The notes under the pieces are model-generated. The model was not told the origin of the DNA. It searched no databases and saw nothing but the letters and a program-made list of their open reading frames with translations. Positions 1 through 8,416 of a stretch of DNA of 64,000 nucleotides are shown here, piece by piece. Position numbers and translations under genes: made by a program. Numbering within the stretch: position 1 is the first letter of the stretch; the number at the start of each line of letters is the position of its first letter. Where the stretch lies: assembly GCA_027488255.1 (NCBI GenBank), contig JAIYBZ010000003.1:5221-69220 (forward strand). The letters are read 5' to 3'. The DNA is from Comamonadaceae bacterium (GTDB taxonomy: Bacteria > Pseudomonadota > Gammaproteobacteria > Burkholderiales > Burkholderiaceae_C).

Positions 1-159
1 TAAGCCACGATCAGGACAGTGGTGAACTCCATCAAGGCAGTTTATCGTCAGTTCTTGCCGCTTCCCTCTCAAATCCAGGGTCACTTGCGGGGTTCGCTGC
101 TCAAAATGGGCCATTCTTGTGGCTTAATATCGGTTTGCATTATTTATCTGGAGCCAGTG

Positions 160-330
160 ATGGGCAACAAAATTGTGACCGAAGCAGACCGTAAATTCAC
201 CCCTCCGCTGCCCACCCTGCCGGGCGTGACCTTGCCAACCCATGGCCGTGGTCAACGCGTGAGTTTGGAGCGCGGTGTGGCAACCCGCAACAAGAAAAAT
301 CCGGGCAAGCGCTCCAAAAAGGGCGGTTAA
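160..330 (+). CDS. small basic hypothetical protein (56 aa); start uncertain
   Basis: GGAG lies 6 nt upstream of the ATG at 160. Third codon positions are GC-rich like neighbouring genes. The C-terminus is Lys/Arg-rich (RNKKNPGKRSKKGG), and a strong terminator follows at 370-396. The upstream part of tracked ORF 19-330 runs through an AT-rich promoter-like stretch, so it was trimmed. No family recognised. Confidence 0.4.
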   Translation: MGNKIVTEADRKFTPPLPTLPGVTLPTHGRGQRVSLERGVATRNKKNPGKRSKKGG

Positions 331-369
331 AGTCTTTTGAACAGGCTTGCGCCCGTTCAAGACATCCCA

Positions 370-396
370 AGCCACTGAACCTCAGTGGCTTTTTTG
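370..396 (+). terminator. rho-independent terminator
   Basis: AGCCACTGA-ACC-TCAGTGGCT forms a perfect 9-bp stem, followed by a T-run. Confidence 0.8.
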
Positions 397-418
397 TTGG
401 CTTTCAAGGGAGACTGAA

Positions 419-811
419 ATGGTGATTTCTTATGCATGTGTGTTGATGGCGGGTGTCATGCCTGTGGTGTGCGCGGGCATCGCCAAGGCAGGCGCCAAAA
501 GCTACAACAACCACGACCCCCGTGCCTGGATGGCCCAGCAGAGCGGTTTCAGAGCCCGCGCCAATGCGGCCCAAGCCAATTGCTTTGAGGCGTTCCCATT
601 TTTTGCGGTCGGGGTGGTGTTGGCATTGCTGACGGGCGTTGACCCGACCGTGGTCGATCTGTTGGCCGTTCTTTTTGTCGCCGCACGGGTGGCTTATGTG
701 GCATGTTATGTCGCCGACAAAGCCTTGTTTCGGTCACTTTTTTGGTTGGTCGGCTATATCAGCGTGATCACACTTTTCATCTTGGCCATGCAAAACTTGC
801 AGATCGGCTGA
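419..811 (+). CDS. MAPEG-family-like small membrane protein (130 aa)
   Basis: GGGAG RBS upstream of the ATG at 419. The protein has 3-4 hydrophobic helices and the stretch NHDPRAW...ANCFEAFPFF resembles bacterial MAPEG/YecN-type proteins. Family call is from memory only. Confidence 0.6.
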   Translation: MVISYACVLMAGVMPVVCAGIAKAGAKSYNNHDPRAWMAQQSGFRARANAAQANCFEAFPFFAVGVVLALLTGVDPTVVDLLAVLFVAARVAYVACYVADKALFRSLFWLVGYISVITLFILAMQNLQIG

Positions 812-852
812 AGCCAAAAACCGAAGCTTTTATCAAGCACAATAGCGTCTCT

Positions 853-945
853 GCCCCGGTGGTGAAATCGGTAGACACACCGGACTTAAAATCCGTTGCT
901 TCGTGAATAACGGGCGTGCCGGTTCGATTCCGGCTCGGGGCACCA
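853..945 (+). tRNA. tRNA-Leu (anticodon TAA), long variable arm, CCA encoded
   Basis: Acceptor stem GCCCCGG/TCGGGGC, D-loop GGTGAAATCGGTAGAC and anticodon loop CTTAAAA. The variable stem is TTCGT/ACGGG, the T-arm is GCCGG-TTCGATT-CCGGC, and the 3' end is A-CCA. Folded by eye only. Confidence 0.85.
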
Positions 946-964
946 CAGACATTGAAGCACCCTC

Positions 965-1591
965 ATGAAAAACGACAACGCTCCGCTTGAAATTCATGTG
1001 CATGGTGATGTGCCAATCAAACCCGGCACCGACATCAAGGCGATTCAAGAAGCGCTCAAGCCGCTCTGGCATTACGCGGGCGCCCGTTCATTGAGCGACG
1101 GCGCACCCAGCCTCTACGAAGAAGAACCCGGCATTCGTTTTGACACCAACCTGAACCGCTTGCAACTCTGCTGGACGGTCAAGGGCGATGACGACTTTCG
1201 CATGGTCATGGAAGACCTGTGCATGAACCTCAACGAGTTGTCATCCGCCGGCACCCAGATTGAAGTCACTTTTTACGACACCGATTTTGATGACGAAGAC
1301 GAAGCCAATGGGGCCGAGTCGCGTGACGATTTTGTGATGCTCTTTGTCGGCCCCGATCCGGCCGCCATCATGCAAGCCCAACGCGATTTGTTGATCCACG
1401 ATGTCGTGAACATGATGGAGCGCCATTTCGATGGCTCTGAGTTGACAGGCGTTGTGGCTGAAATTGACAAGCTCTTTAGTCAACGGTTTGACAACCTGGT
1501 CAGCTCGCTAGAGCTCGGCAAACCCCCGCGTGGCTCAGGTGGGACCGGCAGTGGCCACGGTGGTGGTCGTCGCCCACGGCACCTGCACTGA
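965..1591 (+). CDS. hypothetical acidic protein with Gly/Arg-rich basic C-terminal tail (208 aa)
   Basis: Long ORF with coding-like composition. It has a very acidic centre (TFYDTDFDDEDEANGAESRDDF) and the tail GKPPRGSGGTGSGHGGGRRPRHLH. I recognise no family motif. It starts 19 nt after the tRNA-Leu with no terminator between them. Confidence 0.6.
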   Translation: MKNDNAPLEIHVHGDVPIKPGTDIKAIQEALKPLWHYAGARSLSDGAPSLYEEEPGIRFDTNLNRLQLCWTVKGDDDFRMVMEDLCMNLNELSSAGTQIEVTFYDTDFDDEDEANGAESRDDFVMLFVGPDPAAIMQAQRDLLIHDVVNMMERHFDGSELTGVVAEIDKLFSQRFDNLVSSLELGKPPRGSGGTGSGHGGGRRPRHLH

Positions 1592-1602
1592 AATCTGACC
1601 CC

Positions 1603-2916
1603 ATGGCCGCCTTTTTCTCTCGCGATGCACTCCAGCCTGGCGTCAGAGGGCGCGAGGTGTGGGGTTGGGCGATGTACGACTTCGCCAATTCGGGTTACGC
1701 CACCGTGGTCATCACGGCGGTTTTTTCGGCCTACTTTGTGGGGGCCGTGGCCGAAGGGGCGAGTTGGGCCACTTTGGCTTGGACCTCGGGCCTCAGCCTC
1801 TCTTATTTGATTGTCATGTTGACCATGCCCGGTCTAGGCGCTTGGGCAGACCGTGTGGCGGGCAAAAAACGTTTGCTCATGTGGTTCACGGGGGCCTGCG
1901 TCATCAGCACGGCGGCTTTGTCGTCAGTGGGCCCAGGGCAAATCGTTTTGGGGCTGGTGCTGTTGGTCCTCTCCAATACTTTTTTCTCTTATGGCGAGTC
2001 CTTGACGGCATCCTTTTTGCCCGAGCTCGCGCGACCCGAAGCCATGGGGCGCGTGAGTGGTTGGGGGTGGGGATTGGGATACATCGGCGGCATGTTGACC
2101 TTGGGCTTGTGTTTGGCTTATGTCTTGGCGGCGCAAGCCCGGGGTGAGTCCGGCAGCCAATTTGTGCCGGTCACGATGTGGATCACGGCAGCCGTCTATG
2201 GCGCTGCGGCGTGTGTGACTTTTGCCCTGTTGAAAGAGCATTCGCCGCCGCAAATCAACGCACCAGCCGTTGGTTTTATGCAGAGCCTGAGCGCACTTCG
2301 GCGCACCTTCAAAGACGCGCGTCCTTACCAAGATTTCATCCAACTCATGGCCTGCGCCGTGGCCTATCAGGCGGGTGTGGCGGTGGCCATTGCTTTGGCG
2401 GCCATTTATGCCGAGCAGGTGATTGGTTTCAAGCCGCAAGAAACCATGGTGTTGATCTTTGTCTTGAACAGCGCGGCTTTTGCGGGTGCCTTTGTCTTTG
2501 GTTATGCCCAAGATCGCTTAGGGCATAAATTGGCTTTGTCTTTGACCTTGATCGGCTGGACAGTGACCTGTGTGATTGCCGCACTGTCCACCAGCAAAGA
2601 ACAGTTCTGGTGGGCCGCTGGGATTGCGGGCGTGTGCATGGGGTCTAGCCAGTCAGCGGGTCGTGCCATGGCCGGCTTGTTGGCGCCGCCAGAACGATTG
2701 GGTGAGTTTTTTGGCTTGTGGACATTTGCGATTCGCTTGGCCAGCATCGTCGGGCCTTTGGGTTATGGACTGATCACTTGGCTGAGCGATGGCAACCAGC
2801 GCATGGCCATCGGGGTCACGTCCTTGATGTTTGTGCTGGGCTTGTTGCTGCTGATGCCCGTCAATTTAGAGCGCGGTCGCCGCATGGCCTTAGGCCCAAA
2901 ACCCGATCAAACCTGA
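1603..2916 (+). CDS. MFS transporter, UMF1/Atg22-like family
   Basis: The N-terminal WGWAMYDFANSGYATVV motif is typical of the UMF1 family. About 12 predicted TM helices, 437 aa. Confidence 0.75.
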   Translation: MAAFFSRDALQPGVRGREVWGWAMYDFANSGYATVVITAVFSAYFVGAVAEGASWATLAWTSGLSLSYLIVMLTMPGLGAWADRVAGKKRLLMWFTGACVISTAALSSVGPGQIVLGLVLLVLSNTFFSYGESLTASFLPELARPEAMGRVSGWGWGLGYIGGMLTLGLCLAYVLAAQARGESGSQFVPVTMWITAAVYGAAACVTFALLKEHSPPQINAPAVGFMQSLSALRRTFKDARPYQDFIQLMACAVAYQAGVAVAIALAAIYAEQVIGFKPQETMVLIFVLNSAAFAGAFVFGYAQDRLGHKLALSLTLIGWTVTCVIAALSTSKEQFWWAAGIAGVCMGSSQSAGRAMAGLLAPPERLGEFFGLWTFAIRLASIVGPLGYGLITWLSDGNQRMAIGVTSLMFVLGLLLLMPVNLERGRRMALGPKPDQT

Positions 2917-3800
2917 AAGTCACTGCGCTGGCAGGCCGCGTGGGGCAGACCCAACCAACGCGCTGCTGCCGCTTGCAGGCCCGCCAAATCGCCATTGGTC
3001 ATGAGTTGCATGCGGGCTGACAGAGCGTGGGGAGCAGGGCCCCGGCGCAACAGCGAAGCGGCTTCAAGCAGGCGACGTGTATGCCGGGCCACGGGGTCGC
3101 CGGTCGAGACCAAATGGACATCGGGCCCGAGCAAGCTGCGCAATGCCGGTTCTGCAAACACATAGTGGGTGCAGCCCAACACCAGCGTGTCGATTTGGCC
3201 GGCCTCTTTACCAAAAGTTCCCATGGCTTGGGTGTAGGTCCGCAACAAGTCGGCAATGCGTTGTTGGCAGGCCTCGGCCGAATCGGCATGGGTGCTTTCT
3301 TCAATCGCCAAGGCCAAGCCATTGCAAGGCTGAACCGTGAAACGGGTGCTGGATGGCTTTGAGTCAAGTGTTGGGTTGGCTATATTTGTCGGCGATTGCA
3401 CGCTCATGAGCAGCCGCTGAAATTTGTCACTGCCCAAAGTGCCTCGGGTGCCGATCACGCCAATGTGCCCGGTTTCGCTGATCTTCAGAGCCGGTTTCAG
3501 GGCTGGCTCGACCCCCACCAAAATCAGCTGAGGGTATTGCTCGCGCAGCACATGGATGGCCGCCGCCGTGGCGGTATTGCAGGCCACCACCAGGGCTTTG
3601 ATGTGGTGTGTGTCGATCAGGTGCTGGGTGATGGCCAAGCTGCGCTGACGCACAAACAAATCGGTCTTTTCCCCGTAGGGCGCGTGCCCACTGTCGGCCC
3701 AATAGACAAAGTGTTCGGCGGGCAAAGCATGTTGCAACGACTGCAAGATGCTGAGACCGCCAATGCCGCTGTCAAAAACGCCGATGGGGGAGTCGATCAT
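2907..3800 (-). CDS. murI: glutamate racemase
   Basis: Motifs VFDSGIGGLS, the two catalytic-Cys regions VVACNTATA and LGCTHYVF. Confidence 0.9.
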   Translation of the reverse strand: MIDSPIGVFDSGIGGLSILQSLQHALPAEHFVYWADSGHAPYGEKTDLFVRQRSLAITQHLIDTHHIKALVVACNTATAAAIHVLREQYPQLILVGVEPALKPALKISETGHIGVIGTRGTLGSDKFQRLLMSVQSPTNIANPTLDSKPSSTRFTVQPCNGLALAIEESTHADSAEACQQRIADLLRTYTQAMGTFGKEAGQIDTLVLGCTHYVFAEPALRSLLGPDVHLVSTGDPVARHTRRLLEAASLLRRGPAPHALSARMQLMTNGDLAGLQAAAARWLGLPHAACQRSDFQV

Positions 3801-3846
3801 GGAGGAGGTGAGGGCGATGGTCTTCGGTCATCGCCGCTGCACTGTG

Positions 3847-5400
3847 TTAGCCCGCGTTAACGCCGATGCCTTTGAACTCACCCGTGGCAATGCGTTTTTG
3901 CCATTCTGTTGGGCCAGTGATGTGGGCGCTGGTGCCGCCGGCGTCCACCGCCACCGTCACGGGCATGTCGACCACGTCAAACTCGTAAATGGCTTCCATG
4001 CCCATGTCGGCAAAGCCCACCACTTTGGCGTGTTTGATGGCTTTCGACACCAAGTAAGCCGCACCGCCCACCGCCATGAGGTATGCCGACTTGTGTTTTT
4101 TGATGGCCTCAATGGCCACTGGGCCGCGCTCGGCTTTGCCAATCATGGCGATCAGACCGGTCTTGGCCAACATCATTTCGGTGAAACCATCCATGCGGGT
4201 GGCCGTGGTCGGGCCGGCAGGGCCTACGGCTTCGTCGCCCACGGGATCGACCGGGCCCACGTAGTAGATGACGCGGTTTTTGAAGTCCACCGGCAATGGC
4301 TCGCCCTTGGCCAGCATGTCTTGAATGCGCTTGTGCGCGGCATCGCGGCCGGTCAGCATTTTGCCGTTCAACAGCAAGGTTTGGCCGGGTTTCCAGTTGG
4401 CCACTTCGGCAGGGGTCAGGGTGTTCAGATCGACCCGTTGGCTGGTTTGGGTGTTGGGGGTCCAGTTGACGTTGGGCCACAGGTCGAGCGAGGGCGCTTC
4501 AAGGTAAGTGGGGCCCGAGCCGTCCAGCACAAAGTGCGCGTGGCGGGTGGCCGCGCAATTGGGAATCATGGCCACAGGCTTGCTGGCAGCATGGGTGGGG
4601 TACATCTTGATTTTGATGTCGAGCACGGTGGTCAGGCCGCCCAAGCCTTGCGCGCCAATGCCCAGAGCGTTGACCTTGTGATAGAGCTCTAGACGCATCT
4701 CTTCGACGTTGTCGAGCTTCTCGCCCTTGCTCGATTTTTCGAGCAATTGGTACATGTCCAAGTCGTCCATCAGGCTTTCTTTGGCCATCAACACGGCTTT
4801 TTCAGCGGTGCCGCCAATGCCAATGCCCAACATGCCGGGTGGGCACCAGCCTGCGCCCATGGTGGGCACGGTTTTCAAGACCCAATCGACGATGCTGTCG
4901 CCGGGGTTGAGCATGATCATTTTGGATTTGTTTTCACTGCCGCCGCCTTTGGCGGCCACGGTCACTTCGACGGTGTTGCCGGGCACGATCTCGGTGAAGA
5001 TCACGGCCGGGGTGTTGTCTTTGGTGTTTTTGCGGTTGAAGTGGGGGTCAGACACCACCGAGGCGCGCAGGGTGTTGTCGGGGTGGTTGTAGCCACGGCG
5101 CACGCCTTCGTTCAAGGCGTCATCCAGACTGCCAGTAAAGCCTTCCCAGCGCACGTCCATGCCCACTTTCAAAAACACGTTCACGATGCCGGTGTCTTGG
5201 CAAATGGGGCGGTGCCCGATGGCGCTCATTTTGCTGTTGGTCAAAATTTGCGCGATCGCGTCTTTGGCGGCCGGGCTTTGTTCGCGTTCATAGGCCTTGG
5301 CCAAGTGCGCGATGTAGTCCGCGGGGTGGTAATAGCTGATGTACTGCAGCGCGGCGGCCACCGATTCAATGAGGTCGTTTTGTTTGATCGAGGTGCTCAT
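3847..5400 (-). CDS. fumA: class I (Fe-S) fumarate hydratase
   Basis: 517 aa with a single-chain alpha+beta domain arrangement. Carries the ICQDTGIV motif and the C-terminal GPTTATRMD segment typical of class I fumarases. Confidence 0.9.
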   Translation of the reverse strand: MSTSIKQNDLIESVAAALQYISYYHPADYIAHLAKAYEREQSPAAKDAIAQILTNSKMSAIGHRPICQDTGIVNVFLKVGMDVRWEGFTGSLDDALNEGVRRGYNHPDNTLRASVVSDPHFNRKNTKDNTPAVIFTEIVPGNTVEVTVAAKGGGSENKSKMIMLNPGDSIVDWVLKTVPTMGAGWCPPGMLGIGIGGTAEKAVLMAKESLMDDLDMYQLLEKSSKGEKLDNVEEMRLELYHKVNALGIGAQGLGGLTTVLDIKIKMYPTHAASKPVAMIPNCAATRHAHFVLDGSGPTYLEAPSLDLWPNVNWTPNTQTSQRVDLNTLTPAEVANWKPGQTLLLNGKMLTGRDAAHKRIQDMLAKGEPLPVDFKNRVIYYVGPVDPVGDEAVGPAGPTTATRMDGFTEMMLAKTGLIAMIGKAERGPVAIEAIKKHKSAYLMAVGGAAYLVSKAIKHAKVVGFADMGMEAIYEFDVVDMPVTVAVDAGGTSAHITGPTEWQKRIATGEFKGIGVNAG

Positions 5401-5464
5401 GGTGTGTCGATTGGTAAAAAGTCAAAAACAGGTCAAATGAAAGGGGCTCTGATGCTGCGGCCGC

Positions 5465-6067
5465 TCAATGCGCAGCTTTGTCGTGGTGCGACATCAAGCG
5501 GTCGGCATAGGCAATGGCGATGGCACTCAACAAAAAGGCGATGTGGATGATGGTTTGCCACATCAGTACTTTTTCATCGTAGTTGGCGGCGTTGATGAAG
5601 GTCTTGAGCAGGTGGATCGAGCTGATGCCGATGATGGCCGTGCCCAACTTCACTTTGAGTACGGAAGCATTCACATGGTCGAGCCACTCGGGTTGGTCGG
5701 GGTGGTCTTGCAGGTTCAGACGCGAGACAAAGGTCTCGTAACCCCCCACGATGACCATGATCAACAGGTTGGAGATCATGACCACATCGATCAAGGCCAG
5801 CACCACCAACATGATCACCGTCTCATTGAGGGAGGTGATGGGCGCCGAGGCTTTGTAGCCAATGCTGGTGATCAAGGCTTGCAGGGCGGTTTCGCTGCCA
5901 AAGGCCGCCTCGAGCAAGTGCACCAACTCCACCCAAAAGTGGAAGACGTACACCGCTTGGGCGGCGATCAGGCCCAAATACAAGGGCAGTTGCAGCCAAC
6001 GGCTCGCAAAAATGAAGCTGCTCAAAGAGTTCATTGGGCCTTTGGAAGATGGGGAATTTTTTGACAT
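5465..6067 (-). CDS. UPF0114/YqhA-family inner membrane protein
   Basis: [14 protein letters not shown] resembles the E. coli YqhA N-terminus ASRWLLAPVYFGL. An alternative start at 6034 (MNSLSSF) would align better with YqhA. Confidence 0.7.
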   Translation of the reverse strand: MSKNSPSSKGPMNSLSSFIFASRWLQLPLYLGLIAAQAVYVFHFWVELVHLLEAAFGSETALQALITSIGYKASAPITSLNETVIMLVVLALIDVVMISNLLIMVIVGGYETFVSRLNLQDHPDQPEWLDHVNASVLKVKLGTAIIGISSIHLLKTFINAANYDEKVLMWQTIIHIAFLLSAIAIAYADRLMSHHDKAAH

Positions 6068-6244
6068 GGGGGTTCCAGAAAGTTGGCTGAAATCCTAGAC
6101 TTCAGCTCTAGTCGGATTTTAGGCGGTAGACGGCCCATTTCAGCCCACTCCCGTGCAAGTCTGATGTCAGTCAGTGCTTTGTAAGAGCCAAGCCTGACAT
6201 TTGCGTCAGTTTTAAATCGCCATGTCATTCAGGAGACAAATCAG

Positions 6245-8206
6245 ATGAGCGCCACGATTTACCAACCCAGTGCAGACTTTGTCAAAAAAGCACACATCGC
6301 CGGCATGGACGCTTACCTAGCGCTCTGCAAAGAAGCCGAGACGGACTACCAAGGTTACTGGGGCCGTTTGGCCAAAGAACTGATCTCCTGGAAGACCCCT
6401 TTCACCAAGGTCTTGGACGAGTCCAATGCACCATTTTTCAAGTGGTTTGAAGACGGCACGCTGAATGCTTCTTACAACTGCTTGGACCGCAACATTGAAA
6501 AAGGCTTGGGTGATAAAACCGCCATCATTTTTGAGGCCGATGGCGGCGAGGTCACCAAAGTCACTTACAGCCAGTTGTTGGCCAAAACCTGCCAATACGC
6601 CAACGCGCTGAAGAGCTTGGGCATCAAAAAAGGCGACCGTGTGGTCATCTACATCTCGATGTCGATTGACGGCGTGGCCGCCATGCAAGCCTGTGCCCGC
6701 ATTGGCGCGACCCACTCGGTGGTGTTCGGGGGCTTCTCTGCCCAGTCGCTGCGTGACCGCATCGAAGACACCGGCGCCGTGGCCGTTATCACTGCTGACC
6801 ACCAAGTGCGCGGTGGCAAGCAATTGCCTTTGAAATCCATCGTCGACGAAGCCCTGACTTTGGGCGGTTGCGACAGCATTCGCAACGTCTTGGTGGTCAA
6901 GCGTTCGGGCGCTGAGATCGCCATGAAAGCAGGCCGCGATGTCTGGATGGCCGACGTGGCCGACAAACAAGCCACCACCTGCGAGCCAGAGTGGGTGGGC
7001 GCTGAGCACCCCTTGTTCTTGTTGTACACCTCGGGTTCGACCGGCAAACCAAAAGGCGTGCAGCACAGCACCGGCGGTTATATGTTGCATGCCGCTTTGA
7101 CCACCAAGTGGACCTTCGACTTGAAGCAAGACGACGTGTTCTGGTGCACCGCCGACATCGGCTGGGTCACCGGCCACAGCTACATCACCTACGGCCCATT
7201 GGCTTTGGGCGGCACCGAGATTGTGTTCGAAGGCGTGCCCACTTACCCCGATGCCGGTCGCTTCTGGAAGATGATTCAAGACCACAAGGTCTCGATTTTC
7301 TACACCGCGCCCACCGCCATCCGCTCGCTCATCAAGGCCGCAGAAGCCAACGATGCCGTGCACCCCAAGAGCTACAACTTGTCGAGCCTGCGTTTGCTGG
7401 GCTCGGTGGGCGAGCCCATCAACCCCGCCGCGTGGGAGTGGTACTACGAGCACGTGGGCGGCAGCCGTTGCCCGATTGTCGACACCTTCTGGCAAACCGA
7501 GACCGGTGGTCACATGATCACCCCCTTGCCTGGCGTGACGCCCATGGTGCCCGGTTCTTGCACCTTGCCTTTCCCTGGCATTCAGGCAGCCATCGTCAGC
7601 GAAACCGGCGAGGACATGCCCAACGGCCAAGGCGGTATCTTGGTCGTCAAACGCCCATGGCCTTCGATGATTCGCAACATCTGGGGCGACCCTGAGCGTT
7701 TCAAAAAGTCGTATTACCCCGACGATTTCAAAGGCAAGTACTACTTGGCAGGTGACGGCGCGATTCGCGACGAAAAGACCGGCTACTTCACCATCACCGG
7801 CCGCATTGACGACGTGTTGAACGTGTCGGGTCACCGCATGGGCACCATGGAAATCGAATCGGCCTTGGTCAGCTGCACCGAGTTGGTGGCCGAAGCCGCC
7901 GTGGTGGGCCGTCCCGATGACACCACCGGTGAAGCCATCTGCGCCTTTGTGGTGTTGAAGCGTTCTTTGCCCAACACCGAAGAGGGCAAGGCCATCGCCA
8001 AGCAATTGCGCGATCACATTGCCAAAGAAATCGGCCCGATCGCCAAGCCCAAAGACATTCGCTTTGGTGAGAACTTGCCCAAGACCCGTTCCGGCAAGAT
8101 CATGCGCCGTCTGTTGCGTTCGCTGGCCAAAGGCGAAGAGATCACCCAAGACATCTCGACACTGGAAAACCCAGCCATCTTGGGTCAGTTGGGTCAGGCG
8201 TATTGA
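6245..8206 (+). CDS. acs: acetyl-CoA synthetase
   Basis: AGGAGA RBS. AMP-binding motif [12 protein letters not shown], Acs-type N-terminus ([11 protein letters not shown]...WFEDGTLN) and C-terminal [11 protein letters not shown]. Confidence 0.95.
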   Translation: MSATIYQPSADFVKKAHIAGMDAYLALCKEAETDYQGYWGRLAKELISWKTPFTKVLDESNAPFFKWFEDGTLNASYNCLDRNIEKGLGDKTAIIFEADGGEVTKVTYSQLLAKTCQYANALKSLGIKKGDRVVIYISMSIDGVAAMQACARIGATHSVVFGGFSAQSLRDRIEDTGAVAVITADHQVRGGKQLPLKSIVDEALTLGGCDSIRNVLVVKRSGAEIAMKAGRDVWMADVADKQATTCEPEWVGAEHPLFLLYTSGSTGKPKGVQHSTGGYMLHAALTTKWTFDLKQDDVFWCTADIGWVTGHSYITYGPLALGGTEIVFEGVPTYPDAGRFWKMIQDHKVSIFYTAPTAIRSLIKAAEANDAVHPKSYNLSSLRLLGSVGEPINPAAWEWYYEHVGGSRCPIVDTFWQTETGGHMITPLPGVTPMVPGSCTLPFPGIQAAIVSETGEDMPNGQGGILVVKRPWPSMIRNIWGDPERFKKSYYPDDFKGKYYLAGDGAIRDEKTGYFTITGRIDDVLNVSGHRMGTMEIESALVSCTELVAEAAVVGRPDDTTGEAICAFVVLKRSLPNTEEGKAIAKQLRDHIAKEIGPIAKPKDIRFGENLPKTRSGKIMRRLLRSLAKGEEITQDISTLENPAILGQLGQAY

Positions 8207-8256
8207 TCTGGTCTGTTGATCAGGCCCAATAATCAGGCCTTGAGCCCCCGAAAAAA

Positions 8257-8279
8257 AGCGCCGCTTGCGGCGCTTTTTT
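8257..8279. terminator. bidirectional-looking rho-independent terminator after acs
   Basis: AAAAAAA-GCGCCGC-TT-GCGGCGC-TTTTTT. Confidence 0.8.
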
Positions 8280-8416
8280 CATTTTTAAGTGGACATGCCT
8301 GAGGGCGGTGTTTTTTGATGAACAATGTTCCTTGTTCGCCCCCTGTTGGGGCCACCGATTGACTGTTCTCATAAACGCGACCGACCTCCGTTGACCCCGC
8401 CACCACACTTGTCCCC

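Noticed and set aside
853-2916. tRNA-Leu as the attachment site of a genomic island
   Set aside because: There is no integrase, no direct repeat of the tRNA 3' end downstream that I could find by eye, and no compositional break. The following genes look like ordinary chromosomal genes.
6088-6122. Imperfect inverted repeat AAATCCTAGA...TCTAGTCGGATTT between yqhA-like and acs
   Set aside because: The arms are short and interrupted, there is no T-run, and I recognise no match to a known operator such as CRP. Evidence is insufficient.
6317-8149. 610-aa ORF antisense to acs
   Set aside because: It lies entirely within, and opposite to, a gene with unmistakable Acs motifs. Its translation is Gly/Arg/His/Ala/Val-rich low-complexity sequence, typical of shadow ORFs in GC-rich DNA where stop codons are rare on the antisense frame.
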